In this document: positions 20,066 through 31,143 of the stretch, in pieces | Layout: each line of letters opens with the position of its first letter | How positions within the stretch are numbered: the stretch's first letter is position 1 | Origin: an uncultured Clostridia bacterium | Lineage (GTDB): Bacteria; Bacillota; Clostridia; Christensenellales; UBA3700 | Reading direction: 5' to 3' | DNA length: 64,000 nucleotides | Assembly (NCBI GenBank): GCA_945992255.1 | Contig: CAMFVQ010000012.1 | Span: 10,071-74,070, forward strand | Notes under the pieces: model-generated | What the model was told of the DNA's origin: nothing | The model's input: the letters and a program-made list of their open reading frames with translations, nothing else | The model's database searches: none | Translations under genes and position numbers: made by a program

Positions 20066-20944
20066 CTAATATTTTATTGTATTATTTGCTACAGATAATA
20101 AGTGTTTTCCATATGCTGAATTACTATATTTTTCAGCTATGTCCAACAATTTTTCTCTGCTAAGCCAACCATTGATATAGCCAATTTCTTCAGGCACGCT
20201 AATCTTAATTCCTTGGCGTTTTTCTAACAATCTTACAAATTCACCTGCTTCAATAAGTGAAGTTGGTGTACCTGTATCTAGCCATGCAAACCCTCTTCCC
20301 AACAATTTTACATCAAGCTTACCTTTTTGTAAATATATATTATTAAGGTCTGTTATTTCATACTCTCCTCTCTTACTTGGCTTAATCGATTTGGCATATT
20401 TTACTACATTTTTGTCATAAACATACAAACCTGTAACAGCATAATTACTTTTTGGGTTGCTTGGTTTTTCCTCAATAGAAATCACCTTGTTGTTTTCATC
20501 AAATTCAACAACACCAAATCTCTCAGGGTCATCAACATAATAGCCAAAAACCGTTGCTTTATCCTCATTCGTAATTGCTTGTTTCAGTATATTTGCCAAT
20601 CCATTGCCATAGAAAATATTATCGCCCAATATCAAAGTGCAATTATCATTTCCGATAAAGTCTTCGCCTATCAAGAAAGCTTGTGCTAAACCATCGGGGC
20701 TTGGCTGTTCTGCATAAGACAAATTTATACCAAATCTTTCACCATTGCCAAGCATATCTCTGAACATTGGCAAATCATGCGGCGTAGAAATTATAAGAAT
20801 ATCTCTTATACCTGCTAACATCAATGTTGACAATGGATAATATATCATCGGTTTATCATACACAGGCAACAATTGTTTTGATACTTTAGCAGTTATAGGA
20901 TATAATCTTGTTCCACTTCCCCCAGCCAAAATAATTCCTTTCAT
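20066..20944 (-). CDS. rfbA: Glucose-1-phosphate thymidylyltransferase
   Basis: [18 protein letters not shown]...[32 protein letters not shown] is the canonical RmlA sequence. Confidence 0.92.
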   Translation of the reverse strand: MKGIILAGGSGTRLYPITAKVSKQLLPVYDKPMIYYPLSTLMLAGIRDILIISTPHDLPMFRDMLGNGERFGINLSYAEQPSPDGLAQAFLIGEDFIGNDNCTLILGDNIFYGNGLANILKQAITNEDKATVFGYYVDDPERFGVVEFDENNKVISIEEKPSNPKSNYAVTGLYVYDKNVVKYAKSIKPSKRGEYEITDLNNIYLQKGKLDVKLLGRGFAWLDTGTPTSLIEAGEFVRLLEKRQGIKISVPEEIGYINGWLSREKLLDIAEKYSNSAYGKHLLSVANNTIKY

Positions 20945-20958
20945 ATTTTTTCCTCTCC

Positions 20959-21978
20959 TTATTTTTGTTCATACATTTTTTTATAATAATTTTGATATTC
21001 TCCACTAAGAATATCTTGCCACCATTTCTCGTTTTTTAGATACCAATCGATAGTTTTTTTAATTCCTTCTTGGAATGTCGTTGTTGGCAACCAGCCCAAT
21101 TCATTATAGATTTTTGTTGGGTCAATTGCATAACGCATGTCGTGCCCTTTTCTATCAGCAACATACGTAATTAAACTTTCTGGCTTATTCAGTTCTTTTA
21201 AGATAATCTTTACAATATCAATATTTGTTCTCTCATTATGTCCGCCAACATTGTATACTTCACCGATTTTTCCACGATGAATTATCAAATCTATAGCTCG
21301 ACAATGGTCTTCCACATATAGCCAATCTCGCACATTAAGCCCATTACCATAAACTGGCAAGCTCTTATTTGCAAGCGCTCTAGAAATCATTAACGGAATA
21401 AGTTTTTCTGGAAAATGATATGGTCCATAGTTGTTACTACATCTTGATATCGTAACTGGTAGTCCATAAGTTCTATAATATGCAAGTACCAACAAATCAG
21501 CCCCTGCTTTAGAAGAACTGTAAGGACTTGAGGTATGTATTGGTGTTGTTTCTGTAAAAAACAAATCCAATCTATCCAATGGCAAATCACCATATACTTC
21601 ATCTGTCGATACTTGATGGTATCTTATATTGCCATATTTTCTACACGCATCCATAAGAGTTTGAGTTCCTAAAATATTTGTTATCAAAAATGTACGAGGA
21701 TCCTCAATACTTCTATCTACATGGCTTTCAGCAGCAAAATTCACCACTATATCAAATTTTTCTTGTGCAAATAAATTGTTTACAAATTCTACATCTGCAA
21801 TATCACCTTTTACAAATTTAAATTTGGCGTTTTGCATAGCCTTTTCTAAAGTAGATAAATTGCCTGCATATGTAAGTTTATCCAAACAAACAATATCATA
21901 TTCAGGATATTTATCCAACATATAATAAATAAAGTTAGCTCCAATAAATCCAGCTCCCCCTGTTACCAATATTTTCAT
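20959..21978 (-). CDS. rfbB: dTDP-glucose 4,6-dehydratase
   Basis: It has [27 protein letters not shown] (YxxxK) and [12 protein letters not shown]. Confidence 0.92.
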   Translation of the reverse strand: MKILVTGGAGFIGANFIYYMLDKYPEYDIVCLDKLTYAGNLSTLEKAMQNAKFKFVKGDIADVEFVNNLFAQEKFDIVVNFAAESHVDRSIEDPRTFLITNILGTQTLMDACRKYGNIRYHQVSTDEVYGDLPLDRLDLFFTETTPIHTSSPYSSSKAGADLLVLAYYRTYGLPVTISRCSNNYGPYHFPEKLIPLMISRALANKSLPVYGNGLNVRDWLYVEDHCRAIDLIIHRGKIGEVYNVGGHNERTNIDIVKIILKELNKPESLITYVADRKGHDMRYAIDPTKIYNELGWLPTTTFQEGIKKTIDWYLKNEKWWQDILSGEYQNYYKKMYEQK

Positions 21979-23366
21979 TTATTCATCTCCTCCAAATAAC
22001 GTTCTAACGCATTTTCCCAACTTGGCATTACGTGATAACCATTTAGTGTCAATTTAGATTTATCCATTCTGCTGTTGAGTGGTCTTTTTGCTTTAGCAGG
22101 ATATTCCTTACTTGTCACCTTATCGACTTGAACATTTACACCAGCCTTTTTAAAAATAGCCTGCGCAAAGTCATACCAAGAGCAATATCCTTCATTGGAA
22201 CAATTATAAATACCATATTTTTGGGTTTGCAAAATATAGCAAATAAATTCCGCCAAATCAACCGTATATGTAGGAGAGCCTATTTGATCTCCTACAACTG
22301 AAATATGATCGTGATTTTGTGCAAGTTTGAGCATTGTTTTGACAAAATTATTACCGTTAATACCGAATACCCAACTTGTTCTTACTACATACAACTTGTC
22401 CAATATAGCCCTACAAGATTCCTCACCTTGCAATTTTGTCAAGCCATAAACATTTTGTGGATTTGGGGTATCCTCAACCTTAAATGGCAAATCTCCTTTT
22501 CCATCATACACATAATCTGTTGATATATATACCATTGAACTATCAATTTCCTTGCATACTTTTGCAATATTTTCACTGCCCACAACATTTATTTTGCGAC
22601 ATATTTCTTGTTCATCTTCAGCTTTGTCCACAGCAGTATAAGCAGCACAATGTACTACAACATCAGGATTGTATGTTTTAATATAGTTTCTCGTTTGTTC
22701 AAAGTCAGAAATATCAAAGTCGGCTTTATCCGCTCCCTTACACTCTATTCCCAATGCATTCAAGCGCTTAACAACATCATATCCTAGCTGTCCATTAACA
22801 CCCGTAACAAGCACTTTTATAGTAAAATTCGCATCACTATCTACCAAACATGGGCTTGTACTATCTTTTTGAGATAGAATAGGTGTTTCAACACCCCAAT
22901 CTACTCCAATTGATAAATCTTTGTAAGAAATACCTCTATCTGCCTCTTTATTATATACATTATCCACTTTATATTGAACCATAACATCTTCTGTTAATGT
23001 AACAAATCCATGAGCAAAACCTCTAGGAATCATCAATTGTTTATGATTTTCTTCGCTTAATTCTACAGCCACATATTCCAGAAAAGTAGGGCTTCCTCTG
23101 CGAATATCAACTGCCACATCCAAAATTTTACCTCTTGTACACCTTACTAATTTTGCTTGTGCATAAGGATTATTTTGAAAGTGTAATCCACGCAATATAT
23201 TCTTTTGTGCCGAAAAACTTTGGTTGTCCTGTACAAACACATAATCTAGCCCAGCTTTATCAAAGTCAGCTTTGTTGTAAGTCTCCATAAACCAACCTCG
23301 GTTGTCGCCATGAGCTATTGGCGTGATAATTTTTACCCCCCTTAGTTTCGTATTACAAATTTCCAT
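21975..23366 (-). CDS. Fusion of dTDP-4-dehydrorhamnose 3,5-epimerase (RmlC) and dTDP-4-dehydrorhamnose reductase (RmlD)
   Basis: Residues 1 to about 180 are RmlC-like ([27 protein letters not shown]). Residues from about 185 to 463 are RmlD-like ([41 protein letters not shown]). It is one uninterrupted 463-codon frame. Confidence 0.85.
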   Translation of the reverse strand: MEICNTKLRGVKIITPIAHGDNRGWFMETYNKADFDKAGLDYVFVQDNQSFSAQKNILRGLHFQNNPYAQAKLVRCTRGKILDVAVDIRRGSPTFLEYVAVELSEENHKQLMIPRGFAHGFVTLTEDVMVQYKVDNVYNKEADRGISYKDLSIGVDWGVETPILSQKDSTSPCLVDSDANFTIKVLVTGVNGQLGYDVVKRLNALGIECKGADKADFDISDFEQTRNYIKTYNPDVVVHCAAYTAVDKAEDEQEICRKINVVGSENIAKVCKEIDSSMVYISTDYVYDGKGDLPFKVEDTPNPQNVYGLTKLQGEESCRAILDKLYVVRTSWVFGINGNNFVKTMLKLAQNHDHISVVGDQIGSPTYTVDLAEFICYILQTQKYGIYNCSNEGYCSWYDFAQAIFKKAGVNVQVDKVTSKEYPAKAKRPLNSRMDKSKLTLNGYHVMPSWENALERYLEEMNK

Positions 23367-24780
23367 TCCTAATCTCCTTTATACTAATTATCATATTTTT
23401 TATATTATTTTTATTCAATACATAATATACTATAAGTATTGCCGCATATATAAGCATTGATTTCCAGCCACCAATATACCACGCACTAAACGAAAAAACA
23501 ATACTAAGCAGAATTTCCATTATAGCATTTAAACGATAATGTTGACCTATAATTTTTTCAGTATAAATATCAAACAATATGCTTCTTATCGCTATCGCTA
23601 TCAAGATTGCCATAACTGCTATATTTAAATTCTTAAATGCAAACACTGCAATACTACATAATACAATACTTATTGCTAGTGAAATTATATTCAACACCAG
23701 CATAGCATTTACCTTGCTATATACTTTTAAATATGTGATTGAGACCAATTGCATTCTTGCCTCAAACAAGCACATTGGAAACAATATTGCAAGATATTTT
23801 ATACCTTCTTGGTAGCGAGGCAATAGGCGATCAAGTATAGCTTTCATTGGAACATAACACAACATCGCAGTAGAAATCAACAACATAAACAAAGTTCTAG
23901 TTATATGATAAATTTTGCGTGAATTTTCTGTATTCAAATTGCGCAATATTGGATACAATACCATACTTATTGCAGTCAAAAAAGTGATAAGAAAGTTTGC
24001 AAGAGATATTGACAACGAAATCTTTCCGAAAGTCTCAATTCCCCATACTTTCTCAATCATCAATCTTCCTACCGCAATTATCAACATACTTGCAATGTTT
24101 GAAATCATGAGCTTAATGCCTATAGACACATTACTAGCCACTTCTTTCATTGTCTTTTTTAAATCTTCTAGTTTAGCAAACAAAATTTTTCTATTCACAA
24201 TAGACAACATTACAAGAGAAATAACTCTGCTAGCCAAGTCAATGACAATCATAATCTTATAATTATTAATTCCACACTCCAAACATATTATAAGTACTAT
24301 CAAGAATGTTAATCTCTCAACAATCAGTGCCAATGAATACCACTGGACCCTTCCACACGCCTGCAATATATATGATAACAAAGAATATGGCAATACAAGC
24401 ACAAGGTTTATTGCTACTGCACAGATTACAAATGATTTATCTGCATCTTTTATTCCAAATAATGCCACTAAAAAAATAATTGCACCTATTATGTATTCAA
24501 AACCTACAACTACAACCATTTGGCTTTTGATTGATGACTTGTCCAACTCATCAAAGGATTTACCCCCCAAACGTAAATACAATCCATCATTGAATCCAAA
24601 ATGGAAAAAGCCAACAAAGCTCGCATACATTAAATATAGTTGCCAATACCCATAGTTGATTGTACCTATTTTATTTGGAGTGTACAAAACCATCATAACG
24701 CTTACAAAAAGCGCCGTGATCTGTGCTAGCATTGTCACAGAAAACATTTTCATCAAATTACGCACAGATAGTTTTTGCAT
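23353..24780 (-). CDS. wzx: Oligosaccharide-unit flippase (Wzx, MOP superfamily)
   Basis: 475 aa, polytopic (about 12-14 TM), in the expected position within the locus. It is very AT-rich. Confidence 0.65.
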   Translation of the reverse strand: MQKLSVRNLMKMFSVTMLAQITALFVSVMMVLYTPNKIGTINYGYWQLYLMYASFVGFFHFGFNDGLYLRLGGKSFDELDKSSIKSQMVVVVGFEYIIGAIIFLVALFGIKDADKSFVICAVAINLVLVLPYSLLSYILQACGRVQWYSLALIVERLTFLIVLIICLECGINNYKIMIVIDLASRVISLVMLSIVNRKILFAKLEDLKKTMKEVASNVSIGIKLMISNIASMLIIAVGRLMIEKVWGIETFGKISLSISLANFLITFLTAISMVLYPILRNLNTENSRKIYHITRTLFMLLISTAMLCYVPMKAILDRLLPRYQEGIKYLAILFPMCLFEARMQLVSITYLKVYSKVNAMLVLNIISLAISIVLCSIAVFAFKNLNIAVMAILIAIAIRSILFDIYTEKIIGQHYRLNAIMEILLSIVFSFSAWYIGGWKSMLIYAAILIVYYVLNKNNIKNMIISIKEIRNGNL

Positions 24781-26011
24781 TGTTTTCCTCCTTTATCTTA
24801 GTCAACAACCCTTCTTTATCTTCATCTTGATTTGGCGACAACAAATAGCCAAATAGCGACCAGCATACGAAATCAAAGTGCATAGTAAAGAAATTTGGTT
24901 CTATTAATCCATGGATAAAAGCAGCCAACAATGCGTATGAAACAGCAAGCTTTATATTTGAATTTTTCCTGTTTCTTAATATTCTTTTTATCAGATAAAT
25001 CGCAAGAGCAACATTAAACAAACTTCCTACCAATCCATACAACAAAATTGATTCCAAAAATAAATTGTGCGTTCTAGCATATTGAAATTTAAAACTAGGA
25101 TCCCCTTCAAGTATTGTTGGCTCAAAATTAATAATTTGTCCAAACCATATATCTTTCTTGATATTGTTCCACGAAAATCTGTATAATGATAATCGGGAAG
25201 AACCAAAGGCTTCAAAATTCCCTGCTAGCAAAAAATCTATCTTTTGCTTAATTTTTGTTATAATTGGCTTAAGAAAACTTGAATCAGCCAAAAGTGTTAT
25301 AGCTAATACAAGAATGCCAAAAATCAAAAACAACGCTATCCATGTCTTTTGTTTTGACCAGTCATATGATATTACAATTTTTATTATAATCAAAATAACT
25401 ACTGCAAAATATGCTCCAAATGATTGTGTCACCGACAATCCAATAAGATTTATGACAGCAACGATCACATTGAGCCAACTTGCTCTGTCAAACAAAAAAA
25501 CGCCAAAAGACAATACTAAGAATGCAGCCGCATAGTTACTATGTCCAAGTCCAGCCACAATATCGGTTTTAGCACTGCCGTGCAACAAAATTCCAACTAT
25601 CAGTTGCAATGATGTCATGCACCCCAATCCGCCGAGCAATATCTTGATTACCTTACCTTGATAGTCTGCAAAAGAATACATAAATGAGAATAAATATATC
25701 GCCAAAAAAGTTATAGCAATCTCACTTATAATATACTCAAATCCTATATTTTTTATTGTTGCATTAATTAAAAAATACATCATTCTACCAATTAGCAAAA
25801 ATGCAATTATTGATGGAACTTTATATTGATATTTCATACTAAGGCACACAAACGCAAAAAACTGAAATAGCATAAAAACAATCAAAACAGGGAATGGCAA
25901 ATCTATGGTCATAAATGCATTGTACGATGAAAAGACCGTAAAACACATAAATGATAATACGAATAACATGAATCCTATATTATTATTTTTATACAAAACC
26001 CTATTTTGCAT
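24758..26011 (-). CDS. wzy: O-antigen polymerase / ligase-like membrane protein (Wzy)
   Basis: 417 aa, polytopic, with a larger loop around SRLSLYRFSWNNI...THNLFLE, which is typical of Wzy/O-antigen ligase family proteins. Confidence 0.55.
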   Translation of the reverse strand: MQNRVLYKNNNIGFMLFVLSFMCFTVFSSYNAFMTIDLPFPVLIVFMLFQFFAFVCLSMKYQYKVPSIIAFLLIGRMMYFLINATIKNIGFEYIISEIAITFLAIYLFSFMYSFADYQGKVIKILLGGLGCMTSLQLIVGILLHGSAKTDIVAGLGHSNYAAAFLVLSFGVFLFDRASWLNVIVAVINLIGLSVTQSFGAYFAVVILIIIKIVISYDWSKQKTWIALFLIFGILVLAITLLADSSFLKPIITKIKQKIDFLLAGNFEAFGSSRLSLYRFSWNNIKKDIWFGQIINFEPTILEGDPSFKFQYARTHNLFLESILLYGLVGSLFNVALAIYLIKRILRNRKNSNIKLAVSYALLAAFIHGLIEPNFFTMHFDFVCWSLFGYLLSPNQDEDKEGLLTKIKEENNAKTICA

Positions 26012-26955
26012 TATTCACCAATCATTCTTTTACTTCTAAGCAAATCTTTTACTTCTTTTTTTAGTTGTTTTTTATATTTACTATATTCTTTATCCTTTAG
26101 ACTATAAAAGCCAAACATTAGACTTGTTACAAATAGAATAAATCTCATTGCAAATTTTGATGCATGTGCATAATTCCACAAATAATATAAACCACTTGCA
26201 AAAGTACAATATCTAGTAAATGGTGAAATTGCACCAATTGTACCAGAACCCCAGTGTACTATTTCTGCACTTGGTTCTATCATTGTTTTCATATCAATTT
26301 GTTCAAGTTTAGCCGCTAAAATATCTTCCTCATGATACAAAAACACGTTCTCATCAAGATAGCCTATTTGTTCAAGGACACTTGTTTTGATCATAAAACA
26401 ACAACCAGATACCATACCTTGAAATACCAATTCCTTATCAAATTGATAATCTGCCAAAGCATATTTCTTATTTATTCCGAACCAATCCAAATATACAAAT
26501 GGTTTGTGATGCATTAAAAAGCGAAATGGCGTAAGTTTTGTTTTATTACACATTTGCAATCCACCATCTTTTGTATAAATTTTTGGTCCTACAACAGCTA
26601 CGTATTCATAACGATATAGTGCTTTTCTTAATTCCTCTATACAGCCAGCATAAAACTCTATATCCGAGTTACTACACAACAATTCCTCACAACCATCTGC
26701 TACGGCTTTTCGAAATCCGACATTATTACCATAAGAAAATCCGCCGTTTTTACCACTTTCAATCACTTCAACATTATCTAGATTTTTCAATTCTTTTTGC
26801 AACTCTTCAAAAGAATTGTTTGGGGAACAATTGTCCACAACATAAATCCTGTCACCTTTTCTTATTTGTGATTGAAGTTGTTTTACACAACTTATTGTTT
26901 CTTGATAATTCTTATAATTTAATAATACTATTCCTAACATTTCACTCCTTATCAC
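26011..26955 (-). CDS. Glycosyltransferase family 2 (rhamnosyltransferase-like)
   Basis: It has IVLLNYKNYQETISCV, VVDNCSPNNS, NGGFSYGNNVG and a HEEDIL (DxD-like) segment. Confidence 0.75.
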   Translation of the reverse strand: MIRSEMLGIVLLNYKNYQETISCVKQLQSQIRKGDRIYVVDNCSPNNSFEELQKELKNLDNVEVIESGKNGGFSYGNNVGFRKAVADGCEELLCSNSDIEFYAGCIEELRKALYRYEYVAVVGPKIYTKDGGLQMCNKTKLTPFRFLMHHKPFVYLDWFGINKKYALADYQFDKELVFQGMVSGCCFMIKTSVLEQIGYLDENVFLYHEEDILAAKLEQIDMKTMIEPSAEIVHWGSGTIGAISPFTRYCTFASGLYYLWNYAHASKFAMRFILFVTSLMFGFYSLKDKEYSKYKKQLKKEVKDLLRSKRMIGE

Positions 26956-28085
26956 CTAACGATAGTTTGATAATATTTAGTTGCTACATTATTCCAATCA
27001 AAAATAGCAACTTGTTTTCTTGCATTTCGGCTTAATTCGCTATAGTTTTCTATCACTTTTTTTATAGCTTTTTGTATATCATCACTATCCAACGCATTGG
27101 CACGATAACCCACCATTCCATCTTCGAAAATTCCATCAAAACCCTGCCCCTTAGAGTATACTATTGGCAGACCTTGACTCATTGCTTCAGCATAAACCAA
27201 GCCAAATGTCTCGAAGATAGATGTCAAAACAAAAATATCACTTCGCCTATATAGACTTATCAATTCCTCATAATTTTTTCTTCCAACATATTCTACGAAT
27301 TCGTATTGACAAAGTTCTTGAAGTCTCTCCTCACTAACAACGTTGCCAGCAAGCGTATATCTTATAGAATAGCCTTGTTCTAACATTTTCGATATTGCTT
27401 TTGCCACGGCTATTTGATTTTTGTTGTCATCAATAGTGCCTACAGTGATTATATTTATTTCTTCTTTTAGCTCTCTTTCCTTCGTGTAAATATCCGAAGT
27501 AAATCTCTCTTCTATACCAAAAGGAATAGTAACAATTTTACTTTCAAGTTCTTCCTTATATTTTGCTGGCACATAATGTACAAACAACTCACTTTTCACC
27601 ACTTCAGAACACATAATAATTGCTTTCGCATCTCTCATTATTTTAATTGCTCGACTTCTCAAAAAAAACATTTTTTTGAAAAAGTAGTTTATGTCAGAGT
27701 TTTGTATAAATACAACATATTCTTTGTTATATTTTTTTGCCAACTTTCTAGCTACCCAACCATCAGTAAATAGTGAATGCCCCATCAAAACGTCGAAAGA
27801 ATTTATATTATACATCGACTGGATATCTTTGCTTATTCTAGTGCGTTTTGGGAAAAACAACATTGTATCCAACTTGGAAAAGCTAGGGCTTATTTTTGCA
27901 TAATCTTTGTTATACAAAAATATTTCATCATTTTTGTCAAGATAACTATAATTGTTTTCACTAGCATTATATTTAACTGGACAATATAAATAATTTTCCC
28001 CGAATTTTTGGTTTAGCTTGTATAGCATATTCGGAAAAATCTTGGTTGTACAATAGTTGCTACATATATGCAATATCTTTGCCAT
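26952..28085 (-). CDS. Glycosyltransferase family 4 (GT-B, group 1)
   Basis: It has the C-terminal ETFGLVYAEAMSQGLPIV (E-x7-E) motif. Confidence 0.75.
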   Translation of the reverse strand: MAKILHICSNYCTTKIFPNMLYKLNQKFGENYLYCPVKYNASENNYSYLDKNDEIFLYNKDYAKISPSFSKLDTMLFFPKRTRISKDIQSMYNINSFDVLMGHSLFTDGWVARKLAKKYNKEYVVFIQNSDINYFFKKMFFLRSRAIKIMRDAKAIIMCSEVVKSELFVHYVPAKYKEELESKIVTIPFGIEERFTSDIYTKERELKEEINIITVGTIDDNKNQIAVAKAISKMLEQGYSIRYTLAGNVVSEERLQELCQYEFVEYVGRKNYEELISLYRRSDIFVLTSIFETFGLVYAEAMSQGLPIVYSKGQGFDGIFEDGMVGYRANALDSDDIQKAIKKVIENYSELSRNARKQVAIFDWNNVATKYYQTIVR

Positions 28086-28093
28086 ACGATTCC

Positions 28094-29179
28094 TTATTTA
28101 TCAAACCCCCCAAAAAAGTCCATAGAGCTGACGCTGTCATCAAGAGGCAACTTGACTGGTCTGCCCTCAAATGATGATTTGTATATTGCAAGGACAAGTT
28201 CCAAAGCTCTCTTACCTGCTCTAGCGTCTACATATGGTTTTCTATCATTTTGGATAGCATCAATCATATCCGCAAACAAGCTAGTATGTCCATTTCCATA
28301 TACGTTAGAAGTCGCTTCATGAAATCCTAGTTTGTCAGCATCTGCATCTGTCGCATCGGCAAAATTCCATACATCAATAGCATTGGTAGACTTACCACCA
28401 AGTTTTACTGTACCATTTTCGCCAAACAAATACAAAGTTTCTTCCAAATTCTTTGGATAAACATTGGTTGTACCTTCTACGGTTCCGACAGCGCCATTCT
28501 TAAAACGAATAACTGCCATACCAATATCTTCGCATTGGAGATAATCGTGGAATTGTTGTTTTGTCACACCATACACTTCATCTATCTCATCTCCCATCAT
28601 CCATCTGAGCAAATCAATACCATGGATACATTGATTCATCAAAGCACCACCATCTTGCGCCCAAGTGCCTCTCCAAGGAGCTTGAGTATAATAATCCTTG
28701 TTGCGATTCCATCTTACATGAATGCTACCATGTGAGAGTTTGCCAAATCTTCCATTCTCCAGTGCATTACGCATTTCTTGAACAGCTATGTTAAATCTAT
28801 TTTGGTGGCTTGCGCAAACTTTTACACCTTTCTTTTCTGATAGCTCAATAATTCTGTTGGCATCATGAATATTCATCGCCATAGGTTTTTCAATGATGAC
28901 ATTGATATCGTTTTCTATACAATACAATGCAATCTCTGCATGCAGACCGCTTTCTGTAGCAATACTTATGAGTTGAATATCACTATTTTCAGCAATCATT
29001 TGCTTATAGTCAGTATATCTTTTGATACTTGCATCGTTTTCTAGTCCATGTTTTGCAAGTACATCTTGCATATGACTTTCTACTACATCGCATACTGCCA
29101 CAATCTCAAGATTGTTGGCAACAGCAGCTTTGATATGATTGGTGGAAATTCTTCCACATCCAATTAGTGCGTATTTCAT
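28094..29179 (-). CDS. Gfo/Idh/MocA oxidoreductase, WbpB-like (UDP-GlcNAcA 3-dehydrogenase)
   Basis: MKYALIGCGRISTNHIKAA forms the Rossmann start. ATG at 29179 behind AGGTG is preferred over the track start at 29197. It sits next to WbpA/D/E homologues. Confidence 0.7.
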   Translation of the reverse strand: MKYALIGCGRISTNHIKAAVANNLEIVAVCDVVESHMQDVLAKHGLENDASIKRYTDYKQMIAENSDIQLISIATESGLHAEIALYCIENDINVIIEKPMAMNIHDANRIIELSEKKGVKVCASHQNRFNIAVQEMRNALENGRFGKLSHGSIHVRWNRNKDYYTQAPWRGTWAQDGGALMNQCIHGIDLLRWMMGDEIDEVYGVTKQQFHDYLQCEDIGMAVIRFKNGAVGTVEGTTNVYPKNLEETLYLFGENGTVKLGGKSTNAIDVWNFADATDADADKLGFHEATSNVYGNGHTSLFADMIDAIQNDRKPYVDARAGKRALELVLAIYKSSFEGRPVKLPLDDSVSSMDFFGGFDK

Positions 29180-29234
29180 TTTTTCACCTTTTAACACTGC
29201 CGTTGAAAATCTTTTCTAACGACAATTTCTCCTT

Positions 29235-30554
29235 TTATAGCAATTCGATTTTTTCTCTATTCTTCACATTCTTCATCGCATTCTTTGTATCGAATACAAC
29301 TACCGCACTCTCAGCTACCATATCATAATCAATAGTGGTATGCGCACTTGTTACCACCACAATATCATATTTTGATACTACATCGGCATCAATTTTCTCA
29401 ATTCCTTGATATGTGTTGCCCTTATATCTATAAGTTGGAATGTATGGGTCATAATATTCTACATTGCAGCCTTCCTTTCTCAACAAGTCACCTACAACCA
29501 AAGCCGGACTTTCACGATAGTCATCAATATCTTGTTTGTATGCCACACCAAGTTGAAGCACCTTTGCACCTTTTAGTGACTTGCTAAATCTATTGAGAAT
29601 GTCACCTATTCTTTCTACAGTGTACTCTGGCATTTTGTCATTGATCATCATAGAAGACTCGATCATAGAAGTATGGAACCCAAACTCTCTAGCTTTCCAA
29701 GACAAATAATATGGATCAAGTGGGATGCAGTGTCCACCAAGACCAGGACCCGGATAGAATGCTTGAAATCCATAAGGCTTAGATTTGGCAGCGTCAATAA
29801 CTTCCCAAATACTGATACCCATCTTGTGGCAAAGTTGAGCAAGCTCATTGACAAGACCAATGTTGATATTGCGGTAAGTATTCTCCAAAATTTTCTCCAT
29901 TTCAGCTACAGCAGGAGAAGACACTTCATATATTTCACTTTGCAATACTGCTCTATACATTGTAGCGATAACTTCTCTTGCGTCATCACCGATAGCACCC
30001 ACAACTTTTGGTGTGTTTTTTGTTTTGTATATCAAGTTGCCTGGGTCAACTCTTTCTGGGCTAAAACCAAGATAAAAGTCTTCGCCACACTTCAAACCAC
30101 TACCTTCTTCAAGGATAGGCTTGAGCAATTCTTCAGTTGTGCCTGGATATGTTGTTGACTCCAATACAACCATTGTGCCTCTAGTCAAATGCTTTGAGAT
30201 AGCAATAGCGCTGCTCTTTACATAGCTAATATCTGGTTGTTGATGAATATCAAGTGGAGTTGGCACACAAATTGCAATAAAATCAACATCTTTTACAAAA
30301 GAAAAATCAGTTGTTGCTCTCAACATACCGCTTTTTACCAACTCTGCCAAATCCTCATTAACTACGTCACCAATGTAGTTTTGTCCACTATTTACCATAT
30401 TTACTTTGCTGTCTTGTACATCGAATCCGATTGTCTTAAACCCTGCTTTTGCTTTTTCTACTGCAAGAGGCAATCCTACATAACCAAGACCACATACGCC
30501 AACAACGATTGATTTGTCAGCAATTTTCTTCAAAAGTTCTTCTTTCATTCCCAT
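29235..30554 (-). CDS. UDP-N-acetyl-D-glucosamine (or mannosamine) 6-dehydrogenase, WbpA-like
   Basis: Nucleotide-sugar dehydrogenase motifs are present: VGVCGLGYVGLPLA, FIAICVPTPL, GFSPERVDPGN and GGHCIPLDPYY. Confidence 0.8.
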   Translation of the reverse strand: MGMKEELLKKIADKSIVVGVCGLGYVGLPLAVEKAKAGFKTIGFDVQDSKVNMVNSGQNYIGDVVNEDLAELVKSGMLRATTDFSFVKDVDFIAICVPTPLDIHQQPDISYVKSSAIAISKHLTRGTMVVLESTTYPGTTEELLKPILEEGSGLKCGEDFYLGFSPERVDPGNLIYKTKNTPKVVGAIGDDAREVIATMYRAVLQSEIYEVSSPAVAEMEKILENTYRNINIGLVNELAQLCHKMGISIWEVIDAAKSKPYGFQAFYPGPGLGGHCIPLDPYYLSWKAREFGFHTSMIESSMMINDKMPEYTVERIGDILNRFSKSLKGAKVLQLGVAYKQDIDDYRESPALVVGDLLRKEGCNVEYYDPYIPTYRYKGNTYQGIEKIDADVVSKYDIVVVTSAHTTIDYDMVAESAVVVFDTKNAMKNVKNREKIELL

Positions 30555-30558
30555 AGTA

Positions 30559-31128
30559 TCATATCTCCTTAACTATATTATCTTCATTTTTATATTTTCT
30601 TCCGCATCTGCAAATGGCTACACCATTTTCAAACGCTAGTTTTTCGCCACAATTGCACACATATCCTTTTATTCTAGCAGGATTTCCTACTACCAAAGCA
30701 TAGTCTGGCACATCTTTTGTCACTACACTTCCCGCACCTACAAGTGCATACTTTCCAATATTGTGTCCACAGACTATTGTGCTGTTAGCTCCCAAACTAC
30801 AACCTTTACCTAAAAGGGTATCTCTATACTCATCTTTACGACTAACATGACTGCGTGGATTGATAACATTGGTAAAAACACAACTAGGTCCAAGGAATAC
30901 ATCGTCCTCGCATTTTACGCCAGTATATACCGACACATTGTTTTGAATTTTTACATTGTTGCCCAATACAACACTTGGCGATATAACAACATTTTGTCCT
31001 ATATTGCAATTTTCGCCGATTATACAATCCTTCATAATATGACTAAAATGCCATATTTTTGTTCCCTTCCCAATTTGGCAAGGCTCATCTACATAACTAG
31101 ACTCATGTACAAAATAATCTTTTCCCAT
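30559..31128 (-). CDS. Hexapeptide-repeat N-acetyltransferase, WbpD/WlbB-like
   Basis: KIWHFSHIM...KIQNNVSVYTGVKCEDDVFLGPSCVFTNVINPRS closely resembles the WlbB core. Confidence 0.8.
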   Translation of the reverse strand: MGKDYFVHESSYVDEPCQIGKGTKIWHFSHIMKDCIIGENCNIGQNVVISPSVVLGNNVKIQNNVSVYTGVKCEDDVFLGPSCVFTNVINPRSHVSRKDEYRDTLLGKGCSLGANSTIVCGHNIGKYALVGAGSVVTKDVPDYALVVGNPARIKGYVCNCGEKLAFENGVAICRCGRKYKNEDNIVKEI

Positions 31129-31143
31129 ATATATTATATATCC

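Noticed and set aside
27661-27685. An A8 run followed by a T7 run inside the GT4 glycosyltransferase gene, as a possible phase-variation tract.
   Set aside because: The frame is intact (FFKKMFFL). Runs of this length are common in this AT-rich block, and nothing suggests length variation from a single sequence.
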